NCBI GenBank assembly: GCA_919902675.1 | Contig: CAKKRH010000010.1 | Span: 38,614 to 102,613 of the forward strand | Length of the DNA: 64,000 nucleotides | Direction of reading: 5' to 3' | Source of the DNA: Omnitrophica bacterium GWA2_41_15 | GTDB lineage: Bacteria > Omnitrophota > Gorgyraeia > Gygaellales > UBA12090 | Shown here: positions 48,783-58,487 of the stretch, piece after piece | How positions within the stretch are numbered: the first letter of the stretch is position 1 | Layout of the letters: each line of letters starts with the position of its first letter | Program-made: the position numbers and the translations under genes | Notes under the pieces: model-generated | What the model was told of the DNA's origin: nothing | Seen by the model: the letters and a program-made list of their open reading frames with translations, nothing else | The model's database searches: none

Positions 48783-50147
48783 TCAAAAATATAAATCTCT
48801 TTCTCCTTGCTTAATCTTTTTGAGGCGCTCTTTAGTTTGCTGGCGCAGGCCTTCGTCTTCTATCTGGTTTAAATAAAATTCTATCGTCTGGTAGCCTTTT
48901 TTGTAGAGGCCGTTTCCGAAATCTTCCAGATATTCGGCAAAGGTCAATAAGCCGTTGGAGCGGCAGAAGGTATGGATTTCACCCGGCTTAGAAAGCTCCA
49001 TAAAGGCCTCTCCTGTCCTGCCCCTGCGATAGCAGGCGGTGCAAAAGCTGGGCAGCATTTTATCATCCACAACGCCTTTAATTACCTCGGCAAGCGGCCG
49101 CTCATCCCGGAGTTTAAACTGCGCTTCATCTTTAACATTACTGCCGTAGCCGCCAGGAGAGGCGGCTGACGCGGCTGAGGCCTGGGATATCCCGATTTTA
49201 AAGGCCTGCTTTCGTATTGCCGAGGTCTCCCGCGTAGAGAGAATCATTCCGGTATAGGGCACTGCCAGGCGGATTATGGCAATTAGCTTAAGGAAATCCG
49301 CGTCGCTGACCGGATATTCCGGCTGATAACTCACCGCGGAGGCCGGGCAGAAACGGGGCACGGAAATGGTATGCGGGCCGACCCCCAGCTCTTTCTCTAA
49401 ATATTGAGCATGAGCGATTAAAGCCAAAACTTCAAATCTCCAATCATAAAGCCCAAACAAAACCCCCAGGCCTAAATCATCCAGCCCGGCCTCAAAGGCC
49501 CGTAAATGAGCGCTAATCTGGCGGTCATAATCCGCCTTAGGCCCCTGATGCAGTTTTTTATAGGTTTCGCGGTGATAGGTCTCCTGAAAAAGCTGATAGG
49601 TTCCAATATTGGTTGTCTTTAGCTTGCGGTAATTTTCAACTGTGGTGGCGGCGATATTAACATTAAGCCGGCGGATATTCCCCTTTTCCCTCTTTAGCGA
49701 ATATATCTTCTCAATAACCGCTCGGACATAATCAATATCATTATGCGCCGGGTCTTCCCCGAACTCCAGGAGCAGGCGCTTATGCCCCATATCAATCAGG
49801 AATCCCACCTGTTTTTCTATTTCATCCAAAGAGAGTTTTTTACGCTTTAACCCTTTATTCTCAGTATGAAAATTACAATAGGCGCACCCATTCACGCAGA
49901 AATCCGAAACATATAAGGGAGCGAAAAAGACAATCCTCTCTCCGTAGATTTCATCCTTAACCCGGGCGGCGGTTTGGAACAATTCATCTTTGATTCGCAC
50001 GGCATCAGAATTTAACAAAATTCCGACATCATCCAAACCTAATCCTTTTTTCTCGCGGGCCTTAGCCAGGACATCGCGGACATTTTCCAAAGAAGGGCTC
50101 TTTGTCCCTTCCAGAACCTCTTTAATTTTTATTTCCTCAACTATCAT
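48783..50147 (-). CDS. hydG: [FeFe]-hydrogenase maturase HydG-like radical SAM enzyme
   Basis: FAPLYVSDFCVNGCAYC, LFQETYH, GPHTISVPR, C-terminal CTAC-x22-C; ATG at 50147 overlaps the upstream stop (ATGA). Confidence 0.88.
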   Translation of the reverse strand: MIVEEIKIKEVLEGTKSPSLENVRDVLAKAREKKGLGLDDVGILLNSDAVRIKDELFQTAARVKDEIYGERIVFFAPLYVSDFCVNGCAYCNFHTENKGLKRKKLSLDEIEKQVGFLIDMGHKRLLLEFGEDPAHNDIDYVRAVIEKIYSLKREKGNIRRLNVNIAATTVENYRKLKTTNIGTYQLFQETYHRETYKKLHQGPKADYDRQISAHLRAFEAGLDDLGLGVLFGLYDWRFEVLALIAHAQYLEKELGVGPHTISVPRFCPASAVSYQPEYPVSDADFLKLIAIIRLAVPYTGMILSTRETSAIRKQAFKIGISQASAASAASPGGYGSNVKDEAQFKLRDERPLAEVIKGVVDDKMLPSFCTACYRRGRTGEAFMELSKPGEIHTFCRSNGLLTFAEYLEDFGNGLYKKGYQTIEFYLNQIEDEGLRQQTKERLKKIKQGERDLYF

Positions 50148-51595
50148 TTTTTGGTTTTCTTTAACCACAATATCATAACTATCATCAGCATAATGATATT
50201 CAACGTCTTAAGCGGATGGCCCACCAGATACAAAGGCCCCGGGCCTCCCTTTATATCTAACCAGGCGCCAATTCTGCCGATAGAATTAAAAAACGGCGCC
50301 TGGGCAATGGTTACCGCTAATAAGAAAATAAGCGTGGGCCGGCCGATAGTCTTTAAGATACCATCTCCAAAAATAAGCAGGATTATCAGCCAGAAAATCG
50401 CCACATGGCTCCAGGAGGTAGGGCTTAAATGCAGGTTCTCAAGGCCGCGCGGAGTGCCCTTTACCGGAGCTGTCCCCGGATAATGTTCAGGGTCCGGGTA
50501 TGCTCCCAGATGAAGCTGATTATCACCGGGGACGGACTGATAAATTCCCGCGGCTTTAGCGCCGCCCTGTTTATAGGTTACGGTCAAATTCGGATGAGTA
50601 TCGTAGAGTAAACCCAAAAGCGGCCCCACCAGGGCATAAAACAACATCGCCCCCCAGATAAAAATCAAGGCTACGCGGGTAAAATGATTGAGCCCCTCCC
50701 GCAGGCCGAAACCTCCCCATAAACTGTGCCAGCCGAGAAATAAGAAAAAGACATACAATAACCCCGGAGCTATCCAGATAATGCTATGAGTTTTAAAGAA
50801 AATAAAGATTAATAAACCTGCCAATGTGAGAAAGACCACCGTGTTTCCTAAAGTAGAGGCAAAGCGTATTTTTTCCTTTTTTGCCCCTACCGCGCTCATT
50901 GCCAGGGGAACCATCACCAGCCCCACCGCGAAAATTCCTAAATGGGTATGCATCTGGACTAATGCCGCGGGTGTTACCGCTTTATGCTGTAAGGTAAATA
51001 AAAAGAGAATAAGAAAACCGGTTATTACCGCGATTGAAAGAAAAAAACTATACCCTACGAATGACTTGCGAGGGATTTCCACTGAGGAGCTGATTTCATA
51101 GCGTGATAGCTCAGGCCTGTCGCTGGTAAGAAAAGGTATTTTTACTCCCGCGGCTAAAAGCCCAAGCCCTATCATCACCGCGAAGAAACCGGATTCGCAT
51201 ACAAAAACCCCTACCCCCGGCCAACTCACATAAAACGAGCCTAAAGCCCCAAGGATAAGCTTATAGGGATGCTCCATAGTATAATGCATGGTCATCAATA
51301 TCACATACACCGGGATAAGCAAAAAACTTACCCAGGTTATCAGCTTCTTTATCGCGGGTTTTAAAGACAGATGCGGCACAATCAAAGAGGAAATCACCAT
51401 AACCAGCGACCACCAACAAATATGCGCGTGGAGCACTTTTAAGAATGCCGGCACCGCCTTACCCTGGACAAGAAACCCCCAAACCCCAATAAGCCCCAAA
51501 AGCGGCGCGCCAATAAGCATCGCGCATAATGACGCGACAAAAAGCGGCACATTCAATCCGATTCGCATTGTCTTAGCTCCTGAATCATCCTTCAT
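50144..51595 (-). CDS. multi-pass membrane protein with repeated HxH motifs
   Basis: About 12 TM helices; LHAH and MHTH in similar contexts. Confidence 0.65.
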   Translation of the reverse strand: MKDDSGAKTMRIGLNVPLFVASLCAMLIGAPLLGLIGVWGFLVQGKAVPAFLKVLHAHICWWSLVMVISSLIVPHLSLKPAIKKLITWVSFLLIPVYVILMTMHYTMEHPYKLILGALGSFYVSWPGVGVFVCESGFFAVMIGLGLLAAGVKIPFLTSDRPELSRYEISSSVEIPRKSFVGYSFFLSIAVITGFLILFLFTLQHKAVTPAALVQMHTHLGIFAVGLVMVPLAMSAVGAKKEKIRFASTLGNTVVFLTLAGLLIFIFFKTHSIIWIAPGLLYVFFLFLGWHSLWGGFGLREGLNHFTRVALIFIWGAMLFYALVGPLLGLLYDTHPNLTVTYKQGGAKAAGIYQSVPGDNQLHLGAYPDPEHYPGTAPVKGTPRGLENLHLSPTSWSHVAIFWLIILLIFGDGILKTIGRPTLIFLLAVTIAQAPFFNSIGRIGAWLDIKGGPGPLYLVGHPLKTLNIIMLMIVMILWLKKTKK

Positions 51596-51626
51596 TTCTC
51601 TATCCTCCTTTTACCGCGCCTGCCAT

Positions 51627-54600
51627 TCAGGCTTTCACTAATTTAACATACGTATCATAGAAAGCAACCGACGCCCCCACTAAATCTTCTAAACAGGTAT
51701 TCTTTAAATAAGGGTCTATGCGCATCACGGCATTGGCGTTGATCCCAGCGCCTCGGCGCTTATCCGCCTTGACAATCTTACCGTCAACCAGAATATCTCG
51801 CGCGCCGTAAGCCCAATGGCCGTGGCCTAAAGAAAAAGCAATCACCCCTGGCCTTATCCCCTCAATAACCTTAAGCCGGCCTGTCATCGGCTGGACTTGA
51901 CCCGCCTTTAAATCCAAAATACCACGGGGATTACTCTGGGAAACTATCCTTGCCAAATCTCCATTATTAAACCCCAAGCGCAGGGCATCCCGAGAATTTA
52001 AAAGGATAAAATTTTCCGGCAGCAGGCTTAAGAGCCAATAATTGGAAATAGTCCGGCTCTTACACTGAGCAATCTCCCGATAAGTAATCAGATTCAAATC
52101 AAAACCCTCCGCCTCATCCTCTATAGCCTTACCCTGGGAATCAGCAATGGGTAAATACGCGGCCGTTGAAAGGAAGCCTTTTCCGGTAATGGAATTTTTT
52201 ATCTTTACTAATTTTTCAATGTATATATTAATCTGCTTGCCGTATTTATTCTTTAACTGCTCTCCATCAAAGGCCTTCTCAAAATCCTCAAACCTGCCTC
52301 CCCGGTTCAAGAGATATACCACCTTCTTCCATAATTCCGGAGTCAGGGCTTTGCGCCATTTATCGGCATCGAAAACGCTTCGCGGCAGGTTCCTCCTGGC
52401 CTTCAAGAAAATATCTATTTCTTTATTGTCAGCCTCCGGCACTGCCTTGGAGCCGTCTTTCTCATCGCCAAAGGCGACATTAGCAGCCATCTTTAAATAA
52501 TAATCCTCCGGCCGCAGTAAATCCAGGCCTTCCTTAAATCCGCCCCTGCCAAAACCCGGCATATTCATTATCTGCGCGGCTTTTAAGAAAAAAGCCTCCA
52601 GGGAAATGGGCATTTTTTCTCCAAACACCTCCACCTCTTCCGGGATAGGCGCGACCGCGGGCTGGCGCAAGGGCTGGACCTTCCAGATTACCGAAGGATG
52701 CGAACCCTGAAACTCCCAGCGCTCTAAATAAGAAAGATCCGGAATGATATAATCCGCGTATAACGAGGACTCTCCCACCGTTATATCCGAGGCGATAAAT
52801 AGGGGTATCTTATTACTATCCGCCAGGACATCGGCCTGGGTCTGGCCCGCGGGCAGGGAATAAACAGGAGACCCCATATACATAATCAAGGCCTTTACCG
52901 GATAAGGATAGCCGTCTTGCGCGGAAGGTAATATCTCCTGATAAATATCCGAGGCCATGGGAAACCAGGGGCGCTTAGCCGGATAACCGGAAAACAGGGT
53001 CGTCTCTTCGTATTTTACATCATGGCGAATAATACTGATGCCAAAAGGAGAGATTTTCTTAGGATGCAGCTTCCCCATATCATAAGGCTTACCTTCCTTT
53101 TCTCCGGTATTATCATAAGTGGATGCCTGGGACAGTCCTCCCTGCCAATCAAAATTACCAATCAAAAGATTGAGGGTATACCAGGCCAAAACATTGTAAA
53201 AACCATTGGTATGCTGGGACACCCCCCGGTGAATATCCGCGACCGCTCTCCTTCCGTGGCTGGTAAATTCCTGAGAAATTTCAATAATATCTTTAACCTC
53301 CAAGCCGCAAAGATTAGCCCACTCATCCAGACTAAACCTAAAAGCCTCATCTCTGATTATCACTAAAACTGATTTTACCTTGATTCCGTTAATTTCAGTA
53401 TCAACCAACAAATCCCCCTTAGCCGGATTGTCCGGGTCGTTAGGGTCAAAGGTAACCGCTTGAGATCCGGAATAACAGACAAAATTATCAAATTCGTATT
53501 CCACTAAACTGCCGTCTTTTAAGGTCTTGTTCTTAAGAGGCTTCTCCAATCCCAAATCCGAAGCCCGTAGAAATTCCCCGGGCTTGCCCTCCTTGATCTT
53601 AACCAACCAACAAGCATTACTCCAGTTAGGCTCATTATCCGCCTTGGCCGAAGCCTTATTCGCGTTAGCGAGATATTTAAGATTGTATTTTTCGTTCTCA
53701 ATAATCCAACGGGTAATGGCCAAGGCCAGGGCCGCCTCTGTCCCGGGTTTAACCGGAAGCCACTTCCAGGCCTTAGCCGCGGTTTTAGAAAGGCGAGGGT
53801 CAACTACCACATATTTCAGCTTTCCGGAAACCATGCCCTGGGTAAGCTTATTACTGCGAAAAGGCGGCCCGTAATTAGCCTCAAAGACCGACGCGCCCAC
53901 AAAAATCACAAACTCCGCTCCCGAAAGGTCCGCCTGCCAATAAAACTTTTTGCCCCCTGCCCACTTGGCCTTTTTATCTTTCTCGTCAAAGTCAAATTGG
54001 TCGGACATCGCCTTTCCGGTAAAATAGAGCGAACCCTGGCAGACCGTGGTGTGGCCGTGAAAATTCGTTGAACCAAAAGAATCCTGAATAAAGCGCTTAA
54101 AAAACTCCGAGCGGCCGCTTTTAAGCCGGCCATGAATCCAAAGCAACTGGTTATTCTTCGGGCCGAAATCCGGATGAGCCGGGTCAATCAACTTATCAAT
54201 ATGTTCTTTATATTTTTCTTGAAAATCCTTAACCTTTTTCTCTTTCTCTTCCTTTTCTTTGGTATGCCAGATTTCCTTAATATCAGCGGCCATTGCCTTA
54301 AAAACCTTGGGATCCTGTAATACCCAAATATCTTTTAGCCCCTCAATAACCCTATTCTCTTCACCCGGCACATTACTAAAAAGCTTTCCGCCGTTAACAA
54401 TCTCATTTACCGCCTGATCAAAGGAAATACTCACCCACTTATTTTCACCGCGTTTGCCCGCGCGCTTAAGCACCCGACGGATACGATACGGGTCATAAAG
54501 CGTCTGAATCCCGGATTGCCCTTTGGGACAAATATGCCCGTCAATTGCCGCGGACTCACTCAGAGAAGTTTTATACGGTATATGCGGCCACATTGTCCAG

Positions 54601-54866
54601 GGGCTGTAGGGATTGCCGTCAATCTTAACTACCAAGCCGTCAAGGTGTTTTACTTTTATGGAGCAACCGGTATTGCATTGCAGGCAGACGCTGTTGATGA
54701 TATTCTCAGCCTTATTCAAATCATAAGATGCCTCTTTCATATTATCGGCTAACGCGTCGCGACTTTCCATAAGGGCCGCGCCTAATAATGCTCCGGTCGC
54801 GCTTGAAAGCTGGAGGAATTTCTTCCGGGATAAAGGCTTTTCTAAAAAAGTATTTGTCTTTTCCAT
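51627..54866 (-). CDS. molybdopterin oxidoreductase catalytic subunit (TtrA/SrdA-like)
   Basis: Tat-like SRKKFLQ; CLQCNTGC...CPKG FS0 motif; HTTVC; ADYIIPD..YLE; GHGHW; start at 54866 (MEKTN). Confidence 0.85.
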   Translation of the reverse strand: MEKTNTFLEKPLSRKKFLQLSSATGALLGAALMESRDALADNMKEASYDLNKAENIINSVCLQCNTGCSIKVKHLDGLVVKIDGNPYSPWTMWPHIPYKTSLSESAAIDGHICPKGQSGIQTLYDPYRIRRVLKRAGKRGENKWVSISFDQAVNEIVNGGKLFSNVPGEENRVIEGLKDIWVLQDPKVFKAMAADIKEIWHTKEKEEKEKKVKDFQEKYKEHIDKLIDPAHPDFGPKNNQLLWIHGRLKSGRSEFFKRFIQDSFGSTNFHGHTTVCQGSLYFTGKAMSDQFDFDEKDKKAKWAGGKKFYWQADLSGAEFVIFVGASVFEANYGPPFRSNKLTQGMVSGKLKYVVVDPRLSKTAAKAWKWLPVKPGTEAALALAITRWIIENEKYNLKYLANANKASAKADNEPNWSNACWLVKIKEGKPGEFLRASDLGLEKPLKNKTLKDGSLVEYEFDNFVCYSGSQAVTFDPNDPDNPAKGDLLVDTEINGIKVKSVLVIIRDEAFRFSLDEWANLCGLEVKDIIEISQEFTSHGRRAVADIHRGVSQHTNGFYNVLAWYTLNLLIGNFDWQGGLSQASTYDNTGEKEGKPYDMGKLHPKKISPFGISIIRHDVKYEETTLFSGYPAKRPWFPMASDIYQEILPSAQDGYPYPVKALIMYMGSPVYSLPAGQTQADVLADSNKIPLFIASDITVGESSLYADYIIPDLSYLERWEFQGSHPSVIWKVQPLRQPAVAPIPEEVEVFGEKMPISLEAFFLKAAQIMNMPGFGRGGFKEGLDLLRPEDYYLKMAANVAFGDEKDGSKAVPEADNKEIDIFLKARRNLPRSVFDADKWRKALTPELWKKVVYLLNRGGRFEDFEKAFDGEQLKNKYGKQINIYIEKLVKIKNSITGKGFLSTAAYLPIADSQGKAIEDEAEGFDLNLITYREIAQCKSRTISNYWLLSLLPENFILLNSRDALRLGFNNGDLARIVSQSNPRGILDLKAGQVQPMTGRLKVIEGIRPGVIAFSLGHGHWAYGARDILVDGKIVKADKRRGAGINANAVMRIDPYLKNTCLEDLVGASVAFYDTYVKLVKA

Positions 54867-55975
54867 CAGGCTTTTCTCCTTTCTAAGGAAGGAAGCAGCT
54901 TCAATCCCGCGTAAAATAAACCAACAGCCAAAGCAACAATAAATAAACTCACCTGCCACTCATGCAGGCTTGGCACGTAAGAAAACATAAGGCGTTTCTC
55001 AATAAAAGCGCTCTCTAAACCCTTTAATTCCGGAATTGCCAGAGCCGGAATTACGATATTAAGCCGCACGCTCATAAAGGTAATAGCAATTAATCCTGAA
55101 GCAACCGCCGCCTTAATGATATTGGTTTTACTCAACAATAAAAGTAAAGGAATAAGACAGCCCAAGCCGATATGCGCGATCCAAAACACCCACCAAAATT
55201 CACCGAACAAAACCAGCTTCACCGCGTCTATATGATAGGCAATCTGCCCCCAAAGAGGTACTGCCATAACGCTAGCCTCTAAGACGATATTTGCCGCTAA
55301 TAACCCTAAAAGTATCTTGGGAAGAATAATAAATATCTCCTCTTTATCATCTTTGGCAAGGCCAAAAACGATCCCCAGGAAAGTAATAAGCGCTACTCCG
55401 GAAAGAAGCGCCTCAAAGAAAAATAGGACCGGGAATATTGCCGAATGCCAATAGGGCCGGGCACCAATTACCCCAAAGAGTGATCCCCCGCAGACAGGAA
55501 TAGCGATGGCTAAAGGAAACCCTATCAAAAACAAAAAGCGCGCTTTTTCAGCCTTAGCGGAAAAAACAAAAAACACTTGCGTTACAAGCAATAAAAGGTA
55601 AAGGCTATAGAGCCAGACCATCCAACTCATCATTGAAGATGGAGTAGGATAAATAAGGACATACCAAAATCTCTCCCAATGCCCCAGATCCAGAACAATC
55701 GCGACAAGCGCCGCGAGCAAGGTTACCAAACTGGTTAACAAAGAGATTCTTCGTAACTTAGCAAAGCGCTCTAATTTAAAAACTGAAGCCAGAGAAGTAA
55801 AAATGTAGGCGCCGCTGGATAATCCCACCAAATAAATATAAAGCGAAACCCACAACCCCCAGGTTACATAGCTGCCCAAATTAAGCAATTTCTTACCTAT
55901 GACTAAACGCTCTCCTACTGCCATAGCCCCCACGGCAAAACATATTCCCCAGAATATCTTATAGAGCAATCTCAT
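54866..55975 (-). CDS. NrfD/PsrC-family membrane anchor
   Basis: WGLWVSLYIYLVGLSSG, DLGHWERF, SMMSW, RPYWHS, RLNIVIP. Confidence 0.9.
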   Translation of the reverse strand: MRLLYKIFWGICFAVGAMAVGERLVIGKKLLNLGSYVTWGLWVSLYIYLVGLSSGAYIFTSLASVFKLERFAKLRRISLLTSLVTLLAALVAIVLDLGHWERFWYVLIYPTPSSMMSWMVWLYSLYLLLLVTQVFFVFSAKAEKARFLFLIGFPLAIAIPVCGGSLFGVIGARPYWHSAIFPVLFFFEALLSGVALITFLGIVFGLAKDDKEEIFIILPKILLGLLAANIVLEASVMAVPLWGQIAYHIDAVKLVLFGEFWWVFWIAHIGLGCLIPLLLLLSKTNIIKAAVASGLIAITFMSVRLNIVIPALAIPELKGLESAFIEKRLMFSYVPSLHEWQVSLFIVALAVGLFYAGLKLLPSLERRKA

Positions 55976-55978
55976 TTT

Positions 55979-56866
55979 TTACCCCCATATGTAATAGACT
56001 TTTGGCTTGGTGCCTAATTCGCTTTTTAGGGTAGTGATATTTGGCCTGGAAATTAACTCAGAAACCAGGCTATCCGTATCATTATTATCGCCAAAATAGG
56101 TTGCCCCGCCGATACAGGTGGTTACGCAGGCGGGAAGCAATCCTTCCTCTATTCGGTGGATGCAGAAATGGCATTTGCGCGCGTTACCTATCGGAGATAC
56201 GCCATGCTTACGCGGCCACTTCTTTTTATATTCAAAACTCGGACGCGATTCATACTCCTCTACCTTAGGGGTGCCTTCGGTATACTCCTCGCCAAAATCA
56301 GCGGTGCGGGCATTATAAGGGCAGGCAGTAATGCAATAGCGGCAGCCGATACAGCGCTCATAATCTACAACTACAACGCCGTCTTCGCGTTTATGGGTTG
56401 CCTTTACCGGGCAAACAGGGGTGCAGGGAGGATTCTCGCATTGCATACAGGGCCGGGGAGTAAAACGGCGGGTTACCTTAGGAAAAACACCTATCTCTTC
56501 ATCCATCACCGGCCTATACACCACTCCCGGAGGCAGAACATTCTCGGCCTTACATCCGATAGTGCAGGCAGAGCAGCCGATACACTTACGCAAATCCAAA
56601 ACCATTGCCCACTTTCTTTCTTTAAGCGGTTTCTTAAGGGCACGCAGCAAATCTTCCTGCATCCGCAAGAGTTCATTCTTTTGCACTATATCCTGAGGCA
56701 GCTTAGACAAATCAACATCCACCGCCTGCGTTGGCTGCTCTTCCCTGGCCAGGCCCTTCTTTAAACCTAACAAACTGCCCGCGCCGCCGGCTACCGTAGC
56801 AACGCCGGCTAACTTCAGAAAATCTTTACGGCTGAGTTTTTTCTTCTCTTGAGTATCGGTTTTCAC
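55979..56866 (-). CDS. 4x[4Fe-4S] electron-transfer subunit (TtrB/NrfC-like)
   Basis: Tat-like SRKDFLK; [39 protein letters not shown]...PACVTTC. Confidence 0.92.
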   Translation of the reverse strand: MKTDTQEKKKLSRKDFLKLAGVATVAGGAGSLLGLKKGLAREEQPTQAVDVDLSKLPQDIVQKNELLRMQEDLLRALKKPLKERKWAMVLDLRKCIGCSACTIGCKAENVLPPGVVYRPVMDEEIGVFPKVTRRFTPRPCMQCENPPCTPVCPVKATHKREDGVVVVDYERCIGCRYCITACPYNARTADFGEEYTEGTPKVEEYESRPSFEYKKKWPRKHGVSPIGNARKCHFCIHRIEEGLLPACVTTCIGGATYFGDNNDTDSLVSELISRPNITTLKSELGTKPKVYYIWG

Positions 56867-56896
56867 GGCTTCACCTCATATAGAATAATTTCCTCT

Positions 56897-56996
56897 AACC
56901 CCGCGCCTCTTAGATATGTTTTTTATTGATTATGAAAAGGTGCGGGGTTAATTCAGCCAACGGCTTGCGTTCACTACGCTCCGTAAGCCGTGGCTT
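56897..56996. repeat. two intergenic hairpins
   Basis: AACCCCGCGCCT / AGGTGCGGGGTT, and REP-like GCCAACGGCTTGCG / CGTAAGCCGTGGC. Confidence 0.55.
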
Positions 56997-56998
56997 CA

Positions 56999-58306
56999 TT
57001 AAAACTGTGTAGCTACAAGCGCGGAAAGCAGGTTATCATCCGCGTCATTCACGCTTGGGCCTGAGTTCTTATTCCAATCGTAACCGAGCTTTAGGATTAC
57101 GTTATCGCTCCAGTGATACCCTCCACCCAGAGAAAAGCGGTCGTATCTGTTAGCGGTAACGCTGTTTAATGTCGCGGTAACATCACCATTCATATCAATA
57201 AAGCTATATCTGCCGGCGGCGTAAAACTTTTTATTCAGATTGTAGATTCCATCCACGAACCCGAAATTACCACTGCGGGTTCTATTGCCGTCATCTTTAA
57301 ATTCGCCGTATGAGAGCCGGACAATTGCCTTGCTATCGCTAAAGACTATGGGCTCAAGCGGTTTTTTGCCTTTACCAAAATCATAGCGGGCATCTAATTC
57401 CCACACGCTCCTTCTCCAGGCCATACCGCTTTGAATCGCGCTGGTTACACCGGCAATAGACATCTCAGAGCTTGAGCTATCCAACTCACCTGAGTTATAA
57501 TAACTGCCGGACACATACAACGGCTCGATAGGGTTATGATATAGTTTTCCCATAAAGGCCTTGCTGGCAGTTGAGTCTGAACCAACTCCTGAATTTCCGT
57601 CAGAAACCGATACCACCCAGCCTAAAGGTTTCAGGCCAATATCCTCCAACTTCACCTTTCCGGCAAATTCCAATCCTTCATCAACCACGGTAGCCCTGGC
57701 CGCGGAATTTGACGGCACTATGCCTTCAACCAGGTTATCGGTCCAGGTTTCCTCGCCGAATCCCAGCTTGAATTTTCCTAAACGGCTGGACAAGCTAAAC
57801 GGTGAATCTTTTAATGCCGGGATAAAATCCTTGGATTGAAGGTAAAAGTAATCCAGGAGCGGGCTTTGGGCGGTGGCATTATTCAGATTAAAGCGCAGAA
57901 CTAAGGTATTTATTTCATCCGGCTGAAATCCGAACTGGAGTTTGGCATCAGGCATTTCAAAAGAGCCGGCGGGATATGATCCGGCTTTACCTGAGTCAAA
58001 AAATCCTAAGGCTGCCCGGCCTTTAATCTTTAGTTTTGATAAGGTATTCGCCAAATCCACCCTCCCCGCCTGCTGCGCCTGAGAAGTTTCCTTTAATTTC
58101 GTCACCTCTTCTTTTGCCTTTTTGCTCTCTTCCTTGCTCACTACCTGCTCTACCTCTAATTTCTCAATCCTCTTTAATAGCTCCTGAACCTGGGATTTTA
58201 AAACTGTCAACTCCTCTTCATTTGAACCTTCGGCAAAAACATTGACCACCGCTATATTAAATAAAAACAAGACTAACACCGCCAACTTAAAAAATCTATT
58301 CCACAT
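56999..58306 (-). CDS. outer-membrane porin (OprO/P-like) with N-terminal coiled coil
   Basis: Signal peptide, coiled coil, alternating beta-strands, GKFKLGFG, terminal Phe. Confidence 0.75.
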   Translation of the reverse strand: MWNRFFKLAVLVLFLFNIAVVNVFAEGSNEEELTVLKSQVQELLKRIEKLEVEQVVSKEESKKAKEEVTKLKETSQAQQAGRVDLANTLSKLKIKGRAALGFFDSGKAGSYPAGSFEMPDAKLQFGFQPDEINTLVLRFNLNNATAQSPLLDYFYLQSKDFIPALKDSPFSLSSRLGKFKLGFGEETWTDNLVEGIVPSNSAARATVVDEGLEFAGKVKLEDIGLKPLGWVVSVSDGNSGVGSDSTASKAFMGKLYHNPIEPLYVSGSYYNSGELDSSSSEMSIAGVTSAIQSGMAWRRSVWELDARYDFGKGKKPLEPIVFSDSKAIVRLSYGEFKDDGNRTRSGNFGFVDGIYNLNKKFYAAGRYSFIDMNGDVTATLNSVTANRYDRFSLGGGYHWSDNVILKLGYDWNKNSGPSVNDADDNLLSALVATQF

Positions 58307-58308
58307 TT

Positions 58309-58485
58309 TTATCTCCTTTCCTTTTCAATCATCAGCTCTATCTTCTTAGGATCTTTAATTCCGTCAAGATTAAAGACCATACTCAAAATAATCTGTTTGA
58401 TGAAATTTTTTAAAAATGGCTTTAACGTGACATTTTTACCATTAATAAATAATTTCAGCTTAAATTCTTTTCCTATATCCAGCAT
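58309..58485 (-). CDS. 58-aa protein resembling the MobB C-terminal domain
   Basis: Below the ORF-track cutoff: MLDIGKEFKLKLFINGKNVTLKPFLKNFIKQIILSMVFNLDGIKDPKKIELMIEKERR*; fills the moeA-porin gap with 2-bp spacers. Confidence 0.65.
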   Translation of the reverse strand: MLDIGKEFKLKLFINGKNVTLKPFLKNFIKQIILSMVFNLDGIKDPKKIELMIEKERR

Positions 58486-58487
58486 AT

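Noticed and set aside
47543-50147. Alternative reading as thiH plus bioB (thiamine/biotin synthesis)
   Set aside because: The C-terminal CX2CX22C and PHTIS His are HydG-specific. The partner has HydE-type motifs, and no thi or bio genes are adjacent.
54867-54959. ORF-track N-terminal extension of the Mo subunit
   Set aside because: It overlaps the NrfD gene. The ATG at 54866 has an RBS and puts the Tat-like motif near the N-terminus.
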